64,000 nt of DNA from Vulcanimicrobiota bacterium (lineage in GTDB: Bacteria; Vulcanimicrobiota; Vulcanimicrobiia; Vulcanimicrobiales; Vulcanimicrobiaceae). The stretch is from contig CAVTCS010000003.1 in the NCBI GenBank assembly GCA_963733295.1, forward strand, positions 1,024,001 through 1,088,000, given 5' to 3'. Both the position numbers and the translations under genes were made by a program. The notes under the pieces are model-generated. The model was not told the origin of the DNA. It ran no database searches and saw nothing but the letters and a program-made list of their open reading frames with translations. Shown here piece by piece: positions 60,086 through 64,000 of the stretch. Position 1 is the first letter of the stretch, and every line of letters starts with the position of its first letter.

Positions 60086-60430
60086 GTGGAAGAGAAGAAG
60101 CTGGACTTTGAAAAGATCGGCCGAGCCGACCTTGCCTGCCGCACCGCCCAACGGCTCGCCTATCAATGGCAGACCTCGTCGCCGGGTTGGAGGCTGAGCT
60201 TCGCGCCCGCCGGTGATTACGAAACAGTGCTCGTAACATTGCACCGAACGGACCCCGCAGTGCCTACCGGAAGCGAATCGATCCCCGTCGAGGATCTCGA
60301 CTGGCGCTTGTCAGACGCCGATATTTTCAAGCAAATTACGATGGTCGGGAGCCGCCTCTTAGCCTCTTGGATCAAATTGCAAGAGCGCACGCAGACCCAC
60401 GCGCCCCTTGAGGTACGAGCCCGCCGCTAG
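60086..60430 (+). CDS. Hypothetical protein
   Basis: 114-aa GTG ORF with protein-like composition, hairpin plus T-run downstream. Confidence 0.5.
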   Translation: MEEKKLDFEKIGRADLACRTAQRLAYQWQTSSPGWRLSFAPAGDYETVLVTLHRTDPAVPTGSESIPVEDLDWRLSDADIFKQITMVGSRLLASWIKLQERTQTHAPLEVRARR

Positions 60431-60596
60431 TCTTTCAGCTGACGATCGGGTCGAAAACGAAGAAGGGCCGCGCAAGCGCCTTTTTTTATGCCTTCCAGAG
60501 CGGCGTCTTCGCGCGGATGCTTTCGATACGTGCCGAGCGCTGGTGTCTCCATCGATTGGATAAGGACCGTGAGGATTTGTTTTGCGCTCAGCTTCA

Positions 60597-60620
60597 GTGG
60601 TGGGCCATCCTGGGTTCGAA
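60597..60620 (-). repeat. 24-bp copy of tRNA-Ile 3' end (att site, ends in T-loop)
   Basis: GTGGTGGGCCATCCTGGGTTCGAA identical to 63521-63544. Confidence 0.9.
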
Positions 60621-60977
60621 TCCGTGCTAGAGATGTACGGGAAGTGGCGGCCGCAGGCGTACATAGTCGAGGACGCTGGTTCAGGGACAGCGCTACTCAG
60701 CGATCTGGGCAAGACGACTTCGCTCCCGCTGATCCCGGCGAAGGTTGAGGGATCAAAGGAAACCAGAGCCGAGGCGACCACGCCGCTGTTTCATGCCGAA
60801 GCGCGAGTTGCTCCCGATCGTCGACGACTTCATCGACGAGCACGTCACGTTCCCCAGCAGCGTCACGACGATCTCGTCGATGCAAGCGTACGTGCGCTGA
60901 CGCGCATCCACGAGCTGCGGCGTCACGACCAGCTCGAATCGCCGATCAGTCAGGTCATGCGCATCCGCAGGTTCTGA
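60621..60977 (+). pseudogene. Phage terminase large subunit, C-terminal nuclease-domain remnant
   Basis: VEDAGSGTALL, KVEGSKETRA..PLF, HDDLVDA; intervening DFIDEHVTFP lies in another frame. Confidence 0.8.
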
Positions 60978-60980
60978 CGG

Positions 60981-61577
60981 TTAGCGTGCAGCGGGAGGGC
61001 TCGGGGCAGTCACGAGGATCGTGTTAGAAACGACGGTCGCCAGGTGCCGAATCTCCCACGGATTCTTCGCATAGCCGTAAATCTCAGCGACAGCCCAAAC
61101 CCGGTACGTCTGCCCGGGCACGATGCCGAAACTGGCGAGATCGTCAACGATCTCTCGATCGTTCTTCTTAGCCTGCCCGGGCTGTAACTCGTAGTACTTC
61201 GGACCGCCAGCGTACGTTTCGGGCCTAGGATTGGATGAAGAACCGCCAGTCGAAGGCGGCGGAGCAGCGGTCGGCGTGCTTTGCGAAGAAAGAGCTGTGC
61301 CATCCAATTTCGAGACTGAAAGCGCACCGGGACCCGCGTAGCCATCTCCAACCCAGAGTTTACTCGCCCCCGTGTTTTTGACCCAGAAAGTGAGAGATAC
61401 GTGCGGGCCATCTCGATACGAACTCGACGAGACTATAAGCGATACCGCGAAGCCGTTCTGTGGCTGGCCGTAGACTAGGTGGTCGCCGCCCCCGTCGGCG
61501 CCCAGGCAAGCCGCAATGATCGCTGCAGCGGCTACGACCCGCAAAGGTCGCTTCACGAACGCGTTTTTCAGTCTCAC
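60981..61577 (-). CDS. Secreted hypothetical protein (Ig-like), island cargo
   Basis: Signal-like N-terminus, VSLTFWVKNTG, ELQPGQ, VSNTILVT. Confidence 0.68.
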   Translation of the reverse strand: MRLKNAFVKRPLRVVAAAAIIAACLGADGGGDHLVYGQPQNGFAVSLIVSSSSYRDGPHVSLTFWVKNTGASKLWVGDGYAGPGALSVSKLDGTALSSQSTPTAAPPPSTGGSSSNPRPETYAGGPKYYELQPGQAKKNDREIVDDLASFGIVPGQTYRVWAVAEIYGYAKNPWEIRHLATVVSNTILVTAPSPPAAR

Positions 61578-61627
61578 GGCCTGATCTTAGCAAAAAAGAG
61601 ACGCGATCGCTCGCGCCTCTCGAACGG

Positions 61628-61822
61628 CGGCACACCGCGGCGAGCGTCCTGATCGCGAACGGCGTCGACGTGTGCAGCCTTGCGGGCATCCTCGGCCACT
61701 CGAGTCCGACCGTGACGCTCGGCATGTACAGCCACGTCATCGAAGGCACGGAGCGCGCCGCGGAAGACGGCCTTGGCGATCGCCTTCGCGCTGCGATCGG
61801 GGACGGAAAAAACAAGAAATAA
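61628..61822 (+). pseudogene. Tyrosine integrase C-terminal remnant
   Basis: Manual translation RHTAASVLIANGVDVCSLAGILGHSSPTVTLGMYSHV...*; no start, not in the ORF track. Confidence 0.88.
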
Positions 61823-61863
61823 CCGAGTGCACCGAAAGTGCACCCGGCGCCCGTCCAGGCATC

Positions 61864-61889
61864 AAAAAAGCCCGCAGCGACGGGCTTTT
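61864..61889. terminator. Terminator-like hairpin beyond duplicated tRNA 3' end
   Basis: AAAAAAGCCCG-CAGCGA-CGGGCTTTT. Confidence 0.75.
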
Positions 61890-61937
61890 CGGTGGTGGGC
61901 CATCCTGGGTTCGAACCAGGGACCTCATGCTTATCAA
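61890..61937 (-). repeat. 48-bp copy of tRNA-Ile 3' half (att site, ends at anticodon loop)
   Basis: Identical to 63519-63566. Confidence 0.95.
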
Positions 61938-62130
61938 CAACGGGCCTTGAGTAGAGGTTCCTTCCGCTCCCGTCTTTGAACTACGCGACACACGTTGCGA
62001 GCTGGCTAACGAAGGAACCGCCAAGTTGAGGGCTACATGAAAATCGTGTCCGCGGCACTTTTCGGCTGCGTGTCCCGATCCACTGTCCTAGCACGGCGCG
62101 GCAGAGGGTCGTCGCGGGTAAGAGCCAGCT

Positions 62131-63374
62131 TTGATTAAATATAGAGATATCGGACAAAACGGATGTTCCGTCAACGCAGCGGCGCTTACCCTAGCGTTCG
62201 CACTCCTTGTCCTACTCGGCTCGTTCACAGTTAGAGGAGCTCACGCACAAGCTCCAACGCCAGCCAATGTTCCAGTGCCTGCACCAACGCCTACCAAAGC
62301 GCCAATAGCGAGACCGGTTCCCATCGATCCCCGCTCAATCGTATCGGTCTACGTTACCTTGCGGGGTTTCGGCGATATCGCGAGGGAAGGGTTTGTTTTC
62401 CCGGCGCCGCTCTCATCCACATCGCGCATCGATGCATCTCGGCTTGACATCAGCATTGCCTCGCTCGAGGAACCTTCACAGCGCTTGCCGCTCGAAACGA
62501 CCGCGCAGTTCGCTGTGGCGGGCATAGGTCCGGCGGCCACAACGCGTAGAATCGACGCCACCATCGATGCGCGCTCCCTCGCCCCCGGCAATTACTTTTT
62601 GAGCGTCAGACCGCTTGATGGATTCTACGAGCCCGGCGCGCCGCTTCACGACCTTCCTTTTCGCGACCTTCCTTCGCGCCTCGCTCCGACTCAGATGCAG
62701 ATTCGGCCGTTCGTGGTAACCCTTTGGTCCGCGCTGGCGAGCTTCGACAGTGCACCGCACGAAGGACAACTCTTGTGGTCGCTCGGCACAGGCGACTCGA
62801 GCGTATCCTACGGGGCGTATCGCGTCGATGCAGTAGCGGATGTTGCGCGCAAGACATTCGCCGCTGTCGTGAGCAACACCGACGCGGAACCGGACCGTAC
62901 GTGCTCTCCCAGGATTCATTCCAGAAGATCACGCGCGTCATTCGTGACCCTGATGTCACAGCGCTCAGTCAACAGCTCGAGAACAGAACCGTGACCGTGC
63001 GAACGCTGCTAGTGTTCTACTGCGGAGACGACTCGGGATTGCGCGGCACCTCGACCATTACGCCTGGACAAGCCTTGCGAGTCGGGGGCATCTACCGCGT
63101 GGCGAGGAAGGAACTGGCACTTATTCCTCAGACCCCGAGGATAGGAGGATGGACCTACGTTCTCGATCCGATCCTCGTCGATTTTGTTTCCTTCCCGAGC
63201 ACGATGACGTTCACCACGTTTCGCCCCGTTGGCGAAGGACGAGAACGTCAGACCATCAAGCAAACGCTTCCGTGCAAACACGCGTGGGCCTATTTTCGAG
63301 ATGAAGCTTCCTTGCTCGATCAGCTCGACCTAACCGCGCACTTGCGGAGTGCCGGCCAGTCTCTACGGAACTGA
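62131..63374 (+). CDS. Secreted hypothetical protein, apparently split by a frameshift near 62885
   Basis: Signal peptide ending AHA and Pro/Thr linker in ORF 62131-62994; protein-like continuation in ORF 62724-63374. Confidence 0.55.
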
Positions 63375-63521
63375 TCCGCTCTTTTGCCACTCGGTGAGGT
63401 ACAAACACGGTACTCGCCGGTAGCGGTCCGCTTTTGCGGCGTATCCGCCTCGGGTTCGGGTGCTCGTCCTTTGCCGTATCGAGTAGGACGAACGAGGAAA
63501 GCGGGTTTCAACGGGAGCCGG

Positions 63522-63598
63522 TGGTGGGCCATCCTGGGTTCGAACCAGGGACCTCATGCTTATCAAGCATGCGCTCTAACCAGCTGAGCTAATGGCCC
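63522..63598 (-). tRNA. tRNA-Ile(GAT), CCA encoded
   Basis: GGGCCAT/ATGGCCC-A-CCA, CATGC-TTGATAA-GCATG. Confidence 0.97.
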
Positions 63599-63697
63599 CG
63601 AACGCGACAGACGAGCTTGTACCTACCTTCGTTTATCCCTCCCGTCGGAGGTTCGAGTCCGGTCTCGTCCCCGGCACGCCGGGGAAGACCGAAGCGC

Positions 63698-63727
63698 ATT
63701 ATCTCGCGGGGCGCGGTTCTGCGTCAA
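63698..63727 (-). promoter_or_regulatory. Sigma70-type promoter for tRNA-Ile
   Basis: TTGACG-N18-GATAAT followed by GC-rich discriminator. Confidence 0.65.
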
Positions 63728-63751
63728 GGGGAGTGGGTGCGCGCCTCAGCC

Positions 63752-64000
63752 CTAAATCAGCGCGATCCACTTCTTGATCGTTTCGTCGTCCTTTTTGCGC
63801 TGTTCCATGGCCATGTCGCGTAAGATGTTCATTTCCCGCAAGAATTCGGCGCGCTGCTGCTGCGTGAAGTCGAAGTCGCTGCGAAGCCGGTCGAGCCGCG
63901 TCTCGCGGTCCTGTTGCTCGACCTGCTGTCGCAGCATCAACAGTTCCGCTCGCCGGACGAGTTCTTCGCTCGCGGTGGCCGCTGCGTCCCGGGGGCTGTC
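63752..64000 (-). CDS. Hypothetical coiled-coil protein (partial, runs off right edge)
   Basis: Frame open to window edge; E/Q/R-rich helix ending KKWIALI. Confidence 0.7.
   Translation of the reverse strand, partial: DSPRDAAATASEELVRRAELLMLRQQVEQQDRETRLDRLRSDFDFTQQQRAEFLREMNILRDMAMEQRKKDDETIKKWIALI

Larger units (their letters stand above)
60597..63566. mobile_element. Two tandem decayed integrative elements at tRNA-Ile
   Basis: Three copies of tRNA 3' end, integrase and terminase fragments, lower GC cargo. Confidence 0.82.

Noticed and set aside
60582..61822. Intact prophage
   Set aside because: Only short frameshifted terminase and start-less integrase fragments; no structural genes
61890..61937. 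Second tRNA-Ile gene
   Set aside because: Only the 3' half is present; D-arm and 5' acceptor strand are absent

Overview
High-GC bacterial chromosomal window, mostly core genome. The gene content loosely suggests a Terrabacteria lineage such as Eremiobacterota/Armatimonadota; this is an untested inference. Contents: tail of an OmpR-type regulator and its histidine kinase, acyl-CoA/redox enzymes, pckA, a lone VirD4/TraD-like ATPase, an anchor-less sdhA-sdhB-CCG(HdrB-like) cluster, dnaE-hisZ-hisG-hisD-HAD-ftsQ, ftsA-ftsZ, a CIRCE-preceded FmdB/Ruc-like gene, aroA, a 1413-aa APC permease/GH35 hydrolase fusion, CBS/CGL, glycerate kinase, yvcK-rapZ, RNase P RNA, four tRNAs (Leu-CAA, Ala-GGC, Ala-TGC, Ile-GAT) and two GT4 glycosyltransferases. 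At the right end is a decayed tandem-integration hotspot at tRNA-Ile: two extra copies of its 3' end plus integrase and terminase remnants. Apparent single-base frameshifts, including one in essential dnaE, suggest assembly indel errors. Most notable: the permease-glycosidase fusion with an internal signal-peptide-like segment and altered acid/base motif, tandem NrdR-like boxes before ftsAZ, a sigma28-like promoter on the orphan coupling-type ATPase, and a degenerate GGDEF-like domain as kinase input. All calls come from motif recognition by eye; no searches were run.
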